Below, piece after piece: positions 1 through 9,407 of a DNA stretch of 49,553 nucleotides. The position numbers and the translations under genes were made by a program. The stretch's first letter is position 1; each line of letters begins with the position of its first letter. Source of the stretch: Promethearchaeota archaeon (GTDB lineage: Archaea > Asgardarchaeota > Lokiarchaeia > Sigyniarchaeales > SOKP01); assembly GCA_048940645.1 (NCBI GenBank), contig JBHLOI010000025.1:1-49553 (forward strand), given 5' to 3'. The notes under the pieces are model-generated. The model saw nothing but the letters and a program-made list of their open reading frames with translations. It made no database searches and had not been told where the DNA came from.

Positions 1-366
1 AGAAGATTTCTAAGGCAAAGTCAATTTGCTAAAATTTTAGAAGGATTTAGAAAGATATCTATACCTTTAAATGATATAAAGTTCATTAAAAACGATTATG
101 ATAAAGAAAAGGATGAAATTGTCGAAATAGAAATAGATGTGAACGATTTAATTACCTTACCCTACCATTATGTCATTATCTCCTTGATGACTGAAGATTC
201 AAAAATGATTAAAATTGGGCTTCTTTTTGTAATTAATTTAGAAAAGAATTACATTCTTTTGTTTTCAGATTTTAATTTTAGGGAGCAAAACCAAATTAAG
301 AAAATTTTACTTGGTAGTTTAAGACTAAGTACCAAAGGTAACCATCAAGGATATCTTTATTTATAA
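1..366 (+). CDS. Hypothetical protein, 5'-truncated by the window edge
   Basis: Frame 1 is open from base 1 (RRFLRQSQFAKILEG...) into the tracked ORF 139..366. Confidence 0.6.
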   Translation, partial: RRFLRQSQFAKILEGFRKISIPLNDIKFIKNDYDKEKDEIVEIEIDVNDLITLPYHYVIISLMTEDSKMIKIGLLFVINLEKNYILLFSDFNFREQNQIKKILLGSLRLSTKGNHQGYLYL

Positions 367-434
367 TAATATTTTAAAGATTAAATAGCGGTTTTATTTT
401 TAAGAGTTTTTTTCCCATTTCAATATTTCCTTAA

Positions 435-1883
435 GTGATAAATTTGAGTGTTGACTTACTCACAAAATTTTTAGAATTAATGTCAAAAAAAGTTACTGAA
501 TCTGATTTAGAATTAATTCAACTTGGGAAATCATTAGGTTTAGATTTAGTTTCATTTGCAGATTTAAGAGCTTCTCAAGAAGATGAATTTGTTGATGAAG
601 TAAGAGAGAAAGCATTATATAGAATGCAGGAAGAAAAGGATAATTATCTTCAATACAACGATTACTTTTATGCCGGAAGTATTGATTTCATGGTTTCAAA
701 TGAACCTGAGGGAAAAAGATTTTTTCTTTTAGAAACAAATGGAGGATCACATCGAGGACTTTCAATCCTATCAAAAAAACAACAAAAAATTCTGTATAAT
801 GGGTATCTTGAGGCTATTTCTCAAGCTATTATAAACAATAAGAGAGAAGATAATAAGATATTCGTATTGGTTGGAGTACCTATTAATGATAGTTTAATAC
901 ATGAAAAGATAATAATGGTTGAATATTTAAGAAAGAATTTAAAGGAAAAACAACACGCTGTCAAAATTTTTAATGCTGATAATTTTGATGGGACTTTTGA
1001 AGCAGAAGTTATTTTTCTAATTGCCGATTATAGACAATTAACTACCTATCTCACGTTTTCCCAGAATTGGGTTATATATAATGGAGAAAAAGTGGATGTG
1101 TTAATAGGAGATGGAATAGCAAGACGCCTTAATAATCATAAATTTATTAATTTAATAAAGAAAAATATTCGGAAGCTAAATACAATTATTGTAAATCCTA
1201 TTTTTTTAATTACAGATGATAAATCATTAACATATTTAGCGAGTTACTATAATAAAAAAAAACTTACTAAATATAATTTAAAGTATCTTTTATTTACAAA
1301 AGCTTACAATGAAGAAGATCTCATAAATAAAATTGAATTTCTTTTGAAGGAATATAAACAATCTTTTATAATTAAACCTAGTGGTGGATCTGGTGGAGCT
1401 GGGGTTATGCCAATATCTGAATTTGAGAAACCTTCTGATATAAGAAAAATCATAAAGGAGAGTAAAAATGAATTTTATACCAAATTTATGAAGACTCGCA
1501 ATCCATTTCCTTATACTATACAAGAAAAAGCTGATTTTTCGTTAATAGATTGGAAAGGTGGAAAACATACATATGATTTACGTATATATTTAGCTCAAAA
1601 TAATAAAAAAATCATTCCAATTGGGGGATTGGTAAGAATTTCGAGGGACAGTTTTATAAGTGGTTTAAATAAGCAAGAGTTTGTAGTTAATCTTTCTGGA
1701 TATAATGGCCAAATAGAAGTCGAGAGAGGAATTGGATTTTCAAAAAGAACATGTGAAATATTAAATTTAACATCAGAAGATTTTATCAATATGTTTTGTA
1801 TCGGATGCGTTTTATTTAAGGGGATGGTTCAAAATTATAAAAAAATCGTTAAATTTTCAAATTGGGATAAAATTTTGGTTTAA
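435..1883 (+). CDS. Circularly permuted ATP-grasp amide/peptide ligase
   Basis: N-terminal IDFM...FFLLETNG (ExN) motif precedes IIKPSGGSGGAG, YTIQE and YDLRIY; start may be ATG at 480. Confidence 0.7.
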   Translation: MINLSVDLLTKFLELMSKKVTESDLELIQLGKSLGLDLVSFADLRASQEDEFVDEVREKALYRMQEEKDNYLQYNDYFYAGSIDFMVSNEPEGKRFFLLETNGGSHRGLSILSKKQQKILYNGYLEAISQAIINNKREDNKIFVLVGVPINDSLIHEKIIMVEYLRKNLKEKQHAVKIFNADNFDGTFEAEVIFLIADYRQLTTYLTFSQNWVIYNGEKVDVLIGDGIARRLNNHKFINLIKKNIRKLNTIIVNPIFLITDDKSLTYLASYYNKKKLTKYNLKYLLFTKAYNEEDLINKIEFLLKEYKQSFIIKPSGGSGGAGVMPISEFEKPSDIRKIIKESKNEFYTKFMKTRNPFPYTIQEKADFSLIDWKGGKHTYDLRIYLAQNNKKIIPIGGLVRISRDSFISGLNKQEFVVNLSGYNGQIEVERGIGFSKRTCEILNLTSEDFINMFCIGCVLFKGMVQNYKKIVKFSNWDKILV

Positions 1884-1889
1884 ACGAGA

Positions 1890-3053
1890 ATGGATATTTT
1901 AGAATTGAAAAATTTAATGGATCTACCTAAAAGAAAACAGCTTTTTCTTGAAATATTGAAAAAATTTAAATTATTCAATAATATAAAAAATATTTATTAC
2001 AAAGCATATGAGATTCCAGAGGGATTAATCCCTGTCTTATTTATTTCTACTTCTCTTGATAGTAGAACGGTAAAATATGTTAAAGTTTTTATTGCAGCTC
2101 AACATAACGAGTATAATGGGCTTTTTGGAATATTAAAATTTTTACATGATGTCAAGGAAAATGTAACTGATATTGAAAATATTCTACTTAAAAACCAAAC
2201 TATTATATTTTTTCCATTAATGAATCCATATGGTTTTTTGAATCCTAGAAATGACAATAAGTCGGGATATTTTTTAAAAAATGGAGGTAATCTTAACAGA
2301 TTCTGGAGAGTAACATTCGTTCCAGAATATAATGAGCTAAAAATGCCTTTAAATAATTATGAACTACCATTACAAACGCGAATTATTAAAAAGGTTCTCA
2401 AAAATTATTGGAAAAATGAACAAATTGGTATTTATATAATGGATTTTCATGAAACCTCATTAATGGATCGCTTTATAACCCAATTAAGTTTAAATTTAAA
2501 TCAAGAATCATATACTTTTAAATTTACTCATTGGCTTCAAGAAAAAATTATTCTAAATATAATAGAATTATATAATCTTATAAATCGTCCTCAGAATTTA
2601 TTTTTTAAGTGTAAAGCTTCTGCAAATCATAGACATCTAAACTTAACTATGAAGGAAATTAATTTGATTTATGAGAAACTTTTAGATTATATTACACGAA
2701 ACAATAGAAAATTACCATTTTATTTTTGTTATAATAATAAAAGTAAGGATTATTGTGAAAAATTAGCAGAAATCGTATATCAGAAACTGGAGGAAATATT
2801 GTGGGAAACTAGATTTCCAGCTTTTCCACATGATTTTCATGATTATGGATGTTTTGTAAATATGAATAAAGTTACAAAACGGCAAAAATTATATGCTATT
2901 GAATTAGAATCAAGGAAGCAATTTTTTGATATCTTTATAGAACTTGAAAAATTAAAATCTAATCCAGATTATCTTGAAAAGAAAGTAAATTCTATTAATA
3001 AAAGTATTCTATTAGTAAATGAAACTATAAAAGAAATGATAAAACTCTTTTAA
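1890..3053 (+). CDS. M14-like zinc carboxypeptidase / succinylglutamate desuccinylase-like protein
   Basis: Motifs AQHNE, MNPYG, NLNRFW, DFHE; starts 6 bp after the ATP-grasp gene. Confidence 0.6.
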   Translation: MDILELKNLMDLPKRKQLFLEILKKFKLFNNIKNIYYKAYEIPEGLIPVLFISTSLDSRTVKYVKVFIAAQHNEYNGLFGILKFLHDVKENVTDIENILLKNQTIIFFPLMNPYGFLNPRNDNKSGYFLKNGGNLNRFWRVTFVPEYNELKMPLNNYELPLQTRIIKKVLKNYWKNEQIGIYIMDFHETSLMDRFITQLSLNLNQESYTFKFTHWLQEKIILNIIELYNLINRPQNLFFKCKASANHRHLNLTMKEINLIYEKLLDYITRNNRKLPFYFCYNNKSKDYCEKLAEIVYQKLEEILWETRFPAFPHDFHDYGCFVNMNKVTKRQKLYAIELESRKQFFDIFIELEKLKSNPDYLEKKVNSINKSILLVNETIKEMIKLF

Positions 3054-3074
3054 TCTTCAAAAGAATGAAAAAAG

Positions 3075-3257
3075 TTATATTATCTGCGAGGTAACTTTGC
3101 TTTCTTTACTTACATCATTAATTAAGCAATCTTTGTGGTAAAAAAGTACCTTTTCACCATAAAATTTTCCATTTATTATATTTCCTAATGTAATTTGAAA
3201 TGATTTATGTAAATCTTGAATTTTAATATCTCTTTTACATAAATAACAATTTACCAT
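3075..3257 (-). CDS. Small zinc-finger protein (Cx2C-x33-Hx2C, PARP-type/LIM-half-like)
   Basis: CYLC...FYHKDCL in a 60-aa ORF. Confidence 0.55.
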   Translation of the reverse strand: MVNCYLCKRDIKIQDLHKSFQITLGNIINGKFYGEKVLFYHKDCLINDVSKESKVTSQII

Positions 3258-3335
3258 TTGAAGAAGAATTAAAATTTTTATCTAATTATTAAAATTAGGA
3301 TATTTAAAGTGAAATGATAATCTCAATATTAACAT

Positions 3336-4340
3336 CTAAGAGTTAAAAAATCGTAAAGATATTCCTACCAAGGCTAATTCATCCTTTTTGTTAGTATGTC
3401 CACCTTTTCTTAATATTAAGGTATTTTCTTCCGAAAGGTTTAATAAATTGCTATTTTCTTCGAAATTCCTTAATTTTATTATTTTATCATTTCTGCAATG
3501 AATTATTAAAACTCTTTTAGATAAGATTTTCCATTCTTCTTTTGTTAAGGTTTGTTTAATATTTTTCATAACTATAAATGGAGATACTTTTTCATTCTCT
3601 TCATCAGTAGGGAAAAGTTTAACGCCTTTAAAAAAATACCTTAATAAAATGATGGGATTAAACCTTGGTAAGTTTTGTTTATAATCTGATATTGATGATA
3701 TTGCGATTAATTTTTCAATTTCAATATTAGGAAAACCTCCACATAAAATTGTTAATGCCCCTATACTGAAGCCTACTGAACATATTTTCTTTTTTTTTAA
3801 ATCATCTCTTTCTTTAATCCATTTGATTACAGTTTTATAATCTTCAATACGTTTATAGAATTGGTTTCTTCTACCTACTTTTCTTGATTCGCCAGTTCCT
3901 CGAGCATCATATGCCAATATCGTAAATCCTTGCATTGCTAATGGTAAATAATAGAATTGGAGGGTTTCTTTTTTGTCAGAAAAACCATGGCATACAACGA
4001 TCACCGTATTTTTTGATCTAATATGATTCTCATTATTCGATGTAATTATCAATGCAGCTAATGCTCTGCTTTTTTTCTTTTTTCCATTTTCTACTTTTAT
4101 TTTTACCTTTTTTAGGTTTAAATCTTCTAAATGAAATTGAATCCATCTATCAAACCAGAGATTTCGAAAGCTAAAGTAAATTTCAAAAGGAGTATAAATT
4201 ATTAAAAAAGTTGTAGTTGATAAAATAAAACACGGCCAAAAGGGATTACCAAAAATATTTTGATTTACATTCCAAATGAGCGTACTAATGAGGATACCAA
4301 AATAAACTACTACAATTCTTTTTATATTCTTAGATACCAA
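3336..4340 (-). CDS. Membrane-anchored alpha/beta hydrolase
   Basis: Two N-terminal hydrophobic segments; HGF, YDARGTGES, GFSIG nucleophile elbow, ND and GGH. Confidence 0.8.
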   Translation of the reverse strand: MVSKNIKRIVVVYFGILISTLIWNVNQNIFGNPFWPCFILSTTTFLIIYTPFEIYFSFRNLWFDRWIQFHLEDLNLKKVKIKVENGKKKKSRALAALIITSNNENHIRSKNTVIVVCHGFSDKKETLQFYYLPLAMQGFTILAYDARGTGESRKVGRRNQFYKRIEDYKTVIKWIKERDDLKKKKICSVGFSIGALTILCGGFPNIEIEKLIAISSISDYKQNLPRFNPIILLRYFFKGVKLFPTDEENEKVSPFIVMKNIKQTLTKEEWKILSKRVLIIHCRNDKIIKLRNFEENSNLLNLSEENTLILRKGGHTNKKDELALVGISLRFFNS

Positions 4341-4432
4341 AAACTATTCCCCAATTATTATATAACTAATCTAGATAAGAAAAAAAATAAAGATAAAAAA
4401 TGAAAGATTTCTGAAAACAAATTCATAGTAAT

Positions 4433-4762
4433 TTATTTTTTTGCTTTATCAGGAGGACATCCAAAATCATCACGTGTTTTACATTCACTTTTACTTGAAC
4501 TTCCTGGGCATGGTTCGCATTTTATTCTTCTTAACATTGCTTCTACTTCACTTACCTCATATCCAAACTCCTCGTCTTCAGATTCATCAGCTAGCATATC
4601 ATCCTTAATTTGACTCAAATCATAATCTAAATCTTCCTCTAAATTATCTTTTTCGTCGTATAAATCAATGATTTCATCCCCATCTTCATCTGTTTTCCCC
4701 TCAGGGACTTCATCAATTTCAGGTTGTTCGACAACTTTCTTCTTTTTTGCCATTGATCTCAC
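4433..4762 (-). CDS. Acidic hypothetical protein with C-terminal 4-Cys cluster
   Basis: D/E-rich body followed by CEPC...C...C. Confidence 0.6.
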   Translation of the reverse strand: MRSMAKKKKVVEQPEIDEVPEGKTDEDGDEIIDLYDEKDNLEEDLDYDLSQIKDDMLADESEDEEFGYEVSEVEAMLRRIKCEPCPGSSSKSECKTRDDFGCPPDKAKK

Positions 4763-4879
4763 AACTGATTTTTTTAAAGTTTTGATTTTTAATGAAATTA
4801 CATATAAAAATTTGATACAATTGAATATAGATTTTTTTGTTTTTATTTTTCTATTAAGTATTAAATCTATATAGATTTT

Positions 4880-6883
4880 TTAACTCAAAAGTAATTTTTG
4901 AAATTGCCAAATCTGTTCTAAAATTTTTTTATTTGTGCTCAAATCATTATAAATATTAAGAATTAAATTAAAGATTGATTCAGCTTCTTGTTTTCGATAA
5001 ATAACATATTTTGGGAGATTATATCCCGGAACAAAATATTTTAATTGAATATTAGGTAGACAATTTACATAATCAATTATGTTTTCCAATTCTTTAGAAT
5101 CTGTTTCTTTTAGATATATGCCATTTACAAGAGAATTTGAAAATTTTTTATAAAAACGAATCATTTTCCCCAAAAATGAAATTTCAATCCCCCTAGGAGG
5201 ATCAAATTGATCTCTTTCTATAAAATCAGATTTAAATTGGAATAGAAATTGGAGTATCTTTCCTAAGCGAGAAATTAAAGTTGGAAATTTTTCAGGTAGG
5301 GGTAATCTTTTAATAAAGCTTCCGTTGATTCTTAAGTAACCACCTGCCATATGTAATGAGCTAAATAATGTTTTAAAGACTAGATTTATCAAATCTGAAT
5401 TCAAAATTAATAGTAAACTAAATAGGTTATCTGTGTTATAGGAAGGAATCTGAATAAAATATAGTCCCGTGATATTAGTAAATATGCCAGGATCATAAGT
5501 AAATGTGAGATCTTTTGCAATTTCTCTGAAAATTAGTTTCTCGATACTGACTTTCTTCCAAATATTCTCAAAATTTTTATGATAATTAAAATATGATACA
5601 TTCAATTTATGTTTGGCAATCCTAATTGGTTTTTCAAAATTTATATGGAAATTTCCTACATTTCCAGTTCCAATTAATAATAAATCTTTATCTGAAAGCT
5701 TTTTTTTGGACACATATTTGAAGTTTTGAGCCCATTTAATAAATCCATAAGGGCGATAAATTATATTAAGATCTGCTATCACTTCTGACATTGGTTTATA
5801 TTTTGTATATAACATTTTTACTAAATGTAAATTCTTGGAGATTGGAATTACTTTTGCAGGGAAGAGTTTGATAGTTTCTTGAGGAATTTCATTCACTAGA
5901 ATTGATTTGGATTTTTTTAACAGGTTTAAATCAACAGCTTTTTTTACCATTATTTTTGAGTTCTGGGGTACTTTTTTCTTCAAAGATATAATTATTGGAT
6001 AAGCAGCTATTCCATGAAATACTGGTAAAGAAGAAATATCTATAATTCCTTTAATTTCCACCTCATTTATGAGGAGTTCTCTGAGCTTTTCTCCATAATC
6101 CGCCGATAAAAATTTATTTATTGTTAAAAATGAGAGTATACCCTCATTTTCTTTTAATAATTCTAATGATTTTTCAATAAATAATATTGATAGGTCATAC
6201 AATCGATAAGCAGAATAAAATGTTTTTGTAAGTTTTTGTTTATAGACTTTGTCAAGGATTTTTTTATTTTCTATATATGGAGGATTACCGATAATAAAAT
6301 CAAAATTATTAATATTAAATTCTAAAAGAAAATCTTTAACAAATAGATTAAATTTAAGGTCAATCTTTTTTGAAATATGATTAACATTTTCAATTTTTAA
6401 GCTTGAATTATCTGACAAATCAGATAATAACCATTTAACTAGTCTTAATTTTGAGATTTTTATTGCTGAATAATCTATGTCAATTCCAAATAGGTTTTCT
6501 TCAATAATTCTTTTTTTAATATCATAATCAGGTAAGTGTAAACCTAGGTTTTTATAAATTTGAAACAAAATTTTTGCCATTGAGATTAAAAATCTTCCAG
6601 AACCACAGGCAGGGTCTAAAATTTTTAAATTTAGGACAATTTTAAACCATTTTTTTTCAAATCTATAATTTTTAGAAAAAATCTCATTATTCTCATTAAA
6701 ATCAAAATTATTTTTAAAATATAATTTAAAACTTTCTGTAACCATAAAATCTGCTATATTTTGCGGTGTATAAATAATACCTAGATCTTTTTTTATTTTC
6801 TTTTGTTCTTTTTTATTACTTTCAAATTCAATAATATGTTCTTCAAGCGAAACTAAGATCTTTTTTAATTCTTGTGTTACCAT
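4880..6883 (-). CDS. N6-adenine DNA methyltransferase (TaqI/Eco57I-like, gamma class) with C-terminal target-recognition region
   Basis: YTP, LDPACGSG, GIDID, IGNPPY motifs. Confidence 0.85.
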   Translation of the reverse strand: MVTQELKKILVSLEEHIIEFESNKKEQKKIKKDLGIIYTPQNIADFMVTESFKLYFKNNFDFNENNEIFSKNYRFEKKWFKIVLNLKILDPACGSGRFLISMAKILFQIYKNLGLHLPDYDIKKRIIEENLFGIDIDYSAIKISKLRLVKWLLSDLSDNSSLKIENVNHISKKIDLKFNLFVKDFLLEFNINNFDFIIGNPPYIENKKILDKVYKQKLTKTFYSAYRLYDLSILFIEKSLELLKENEGILSFLTINKFLSADYGEKLRELLINEVEIKGIIDISSLPVFHGIAAYPIIISLKKKVPQNSKIMVKKAVDLNLLKKSKSILVNEIPQETIKLFPAKVIPISKNLHLVKMLYTKYKPMSEVIADLNIIYRPYGFIKWAQNFKYVSKKKLSDKDLLLIGTGNVGNFHINFEKPIRIAKHKLNVSYFNYHKNFENIWKKVSIEKLIFREIAKDLTFTYDPGIFTNITGLYFIQIPSYNTDNLFSLLLILNSDLINLVFKTLFSSLHMAGGYLRINGSFIKRLPLPEKFPTLISRLGKILQFLFQFKSDFIERDQFDPPRGIEISFLGKMIRFYKKFSNSLVNGIYLKETDSKELENIIDYVNCLPNIQLKYFVPGYNLPKYVIYRKQEAESIFNLILNIYNDLSTNKKILEQIWQFQKLLLS

Positions 6884-7044
6884 ATTTATTTAGGTTATCT
6901 ATTTAGTATTTCTAATACTTTTAGCAGATATTTTAAATTACTTATTCTTCTAGTTTATATTTATAACACTTTTATTTTAGAATAAAAAGATAGAACATTT
7001 ATATAAGAAAAATATGCTAGTATTATTTTTTCAAGCAAAGAATA

Positions 7045-7947
7045 ATGATTGAGAAATCCTATCTAAAAGATTTAATAAAAAAGCCAAAATTAATATCAGA
7101 ATTGAAATTTGAAGAACTTTCAAATATTTTTCAAGAAGTAAAGGCGCATTTTAAAGAGGAAAATTTACTATTAGAATTTAGGCTGGATGGAAAGGAGGAA
7201 GAGGCTTATATTATTGGAGACATTCATGGAAATTTACAAAGTATATTGAAAATAATAGAAATCATAGAAAAAAAAAATCCTAAATTAGTAATTTTTTTAG
7301 GTGATATAGTGGATAGAGGTTCATACCAACTTGAATGTTTAATATTAGTATTTGCACTAAAAATAATTGAACCTACTAGATACTTTCTTTTAAAAGGCAA
7401 TCATGAAACGTTGGAAATGAACCAATATTATGGTTTTTTCCAGGATTTTATATCAAAGTTTAAAGATCAATCCAAATTTAATGAAATTTTATCTATTTAC
7501 GACGTTTTGCCTATTTGTGCTGTGATTAATGACAATATATTATGTTTGCATGGTGGAATTCCAGAAGATTTTGATATTTTAAAAAAATTAAAGAATAAAA
7601 AACATGAAGATTTTGATAAAACTACTATTAAATTAATTAATCCAGCCATATTTCAGATTCTATGGAATGACCCAAAAGAAGTTGAAACTTTAAATTTTTC
7701 AAATAGTTTTAGAGGTACAGGAATAAAGTTTTTTGGAAAAAAAGCTTTTGATGCTTTTATGGAAATAAATAATTTACAATTACTAATAAGAGCTCATGAA
7801 TGTTTTCCTGAAGGTTATAGATGGTTTTTCAATAAAAAGTTATTATCAATTTTTTCTTCTGCTAATTACAGGGGATATTTTTCACCTAATCCCGGTTCAT
7901 ATGCTATAATAAGAGATAATAATCTAATTCCAATGTTAATTCATTGA
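7045..7947 (+). CDS. PPP-family Ser/Thr protein phosphatase
   Basis: GDIHG, GDIVDRG, GNHE, HGG, LWNDP, RAHE, FSSANY. Confidence 0.93.
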   Translation: MIEKSYLKDLIKKPKLISELKFEELSNIFQEVKAHFKEENLLLEFRLDGKEEEAYIIGDIHGNLQSILKIIEIIEKKNPKLVIFLGDIVDRGSYQLECLILVFALKIIEPTRYFLLKGNHETLEMNQYYGFFQDFISKFKDQSKFNEILSIYDVLPICAVINDNILCLHGGIPEDFDILKKLKNKKHEDFDKTTIKLINPAIFQILWNDPKEVETLNFSNSFRGTGIKFFGKKAFDAFMEINNLQLLIRAHECFPEGYRWFFNKKLLSIFSSANYRGYFSPNPGSYAIIRDNNLIPMLIH

Positions 7948-8391
7948 TTAAAGAATTAATTCTGGAAATTTTTCTATAATCTCGGAATCCTTTTTTATTT
8001 CTTCCTTCCATCTATCCTTTTCATCCAAATTAACAGATAACTTGTATTTTGTAATTAATTGGTCTGTAGGTAAATATATATAGGCTTGAATTTTTTCATT
8101 ATTTTTGAGATGCACTTCAATAATTTCCCGTTTAAAATAATTTTCTGAAACGCCCTCATAAAAATCTAAATATCTCAATTCTTCTTTCGTGACATCAAAT
8201 TTCAATGCATAGAATGAGGATCTTTCTGATGGTAAAACACATGGATACCAAAATCCTTCAGGATAAATCCGAATATAACCTTCAATTAAGCAAACTTCAA
8301 CATTCCTTTTAGTTCTCCAAATTCCACGGGAAATGAATGTTCCGTATCCAATTACAGAAACAAGGTTATAGGAAGGGTTAAATTCTCTCAA
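7948..8391 (-). CDS. Gamma-glutamylcyclotransferase (GGCT/AIG2-like) family protein
   Basis: GYGT, LDFYEG, AYIY motifs. Confidence 0.75.
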   Translation of the reverse strand: MREFNPSYNLVSVIGYGTFISRGIWRTKRNVEVCLIEGYIRIYPEGFWYPCVLPSERSSFYALKFDVTKEELRYLDFYEGVSENYFKREIIEVHLKNNEKIQAYIYLPTDQLITKYKLSVNLDEKDRWKEEIKKDSEIIEKFPELIL

Positions 8392-8396
8392 CTTCT

Positions 8397-8663
8397 CTAC
8401 ATAATTTGAGATGCATCTGGCTTTATGAAGAGAAGATTATTACCTCGTATAAAAATCTCGTTATATTTAGCTACAGGAGTCCCCTCTAAGAGTTCCGTGG
8501 CATCATATAGAATTAGATTCATGTATGCATCAATTTCTTTTAATAACCCTCTATATTCAGTACCATCTTTTAATCTTAATAAAATTTGGCTATTCTGTGA
8601 TGCCATAAGAATGGATAGTGGATTTTTAGATTTAGAACTAGAATTATTATTTTTACTTGACAT
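8397..8663 (-). CDS. Sm/LSm RNA-binding protein
   Basis: Sm1 motif LKDGTEYRGLLKEIDAYMNLIL and Sm2 motif IFIRGNN. Confidence 0.95.
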   Translation of the reverse strand: MSSKNNNSSSKSKNPLSILMASQNSQILLRLKDGTEYRGLLKEIDAYMNLILYDATELLEGTPVAKYNEIFIRGNNLLFIKPDASQIM

Positions 8664-8791
8664 ATTTCTACCTTTGTTGAAATAATTACTATATTTATAG
8701 AAAAGATAATTTAAAGAAAAACTTTTTTGAATTAAAACCTTTTTATCGGGTATTAATCCCTTAAATAATTATTATACTTTGGTAATCATAA

Positions 8792-9391
8792 TTGCGAATT
8801 TTTAAAGGGAATTATAACAAGAAAAAGGAAATAATAAGGAAATATAACTCAACTGCAAATTTTTATGATAAAAGATATAGCAAAATCCAAGAAGAAAAAT
8901 ATAGGATAATACTCAGCAACTTTCTGTTAGAAAAAAATAAAATAATACTAGATGCTGGTTGTGGTTCTGGTCTTCTTTTAGAATTTATTGTAAAAAATAA
9001 GATTAACAAAATTAAATTTTTTAATTATATCGGTATTGAGATTTCTTTGAACATGCTAAAAAGGTTTGCCGATAAATGTAGAAATTTGAGTATTAATCTT
9101 AATATAAATTTAATTTTAAGTGATATTGAGCATTTACCTTTTAGAGAAAACAGAATTGATTCAATTTTTTCAATTACATCATTACAAAATCTACCTAATA
9201 TTTCTAAAGGTATAATAGAAATTTTAAGAGTGGGTAAACATATGGCTAATTTAGAAATTTCGATATTAAAAAAAAATCTAGATTTAGATTTATTAATTTC
9301 CTTGTTAAATTCAAAATTAATAGATATTAAAATTAAAAATATTCAATCTATTGAAGATGTAATAATTCAAGGAAAATTGATAAAGAATTGA
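8792..9391 (+). CDS. Class I SAM-dependent methyltransferase
   Basis: ILDAGCGSG, DIEHLPF motifs. Confidence 0.85.
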   Translation: MRIFKGNYNKKKEIIRKYNSTANFYDKRYSKIQEEKYRIILSNFLLEKNKIILDAGCGSGLLLEFIVKNKINKIKFFNYIGIEISLNMLKRFADKCRNLSINLNINLILSDIEHLPFRENRIDSIFSITSLQNLPNISKGIIEILRVGKHMANLEISILKKNLDLDLLISLLNSKLIDIKIKNIQSIEDVIIQGKLIKN

Positions 9392-9407
9392 GAGATTTGC
9401 ACTAATT

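Noticed and set aside
435-1883. Calling the ATP-grasp protein a true tubulin-tyrosine ligase
   Set aside because: Local motifs resemble TTL, but the domain order is permuted, unlike TTL/TTLL; only an analogy is supportable
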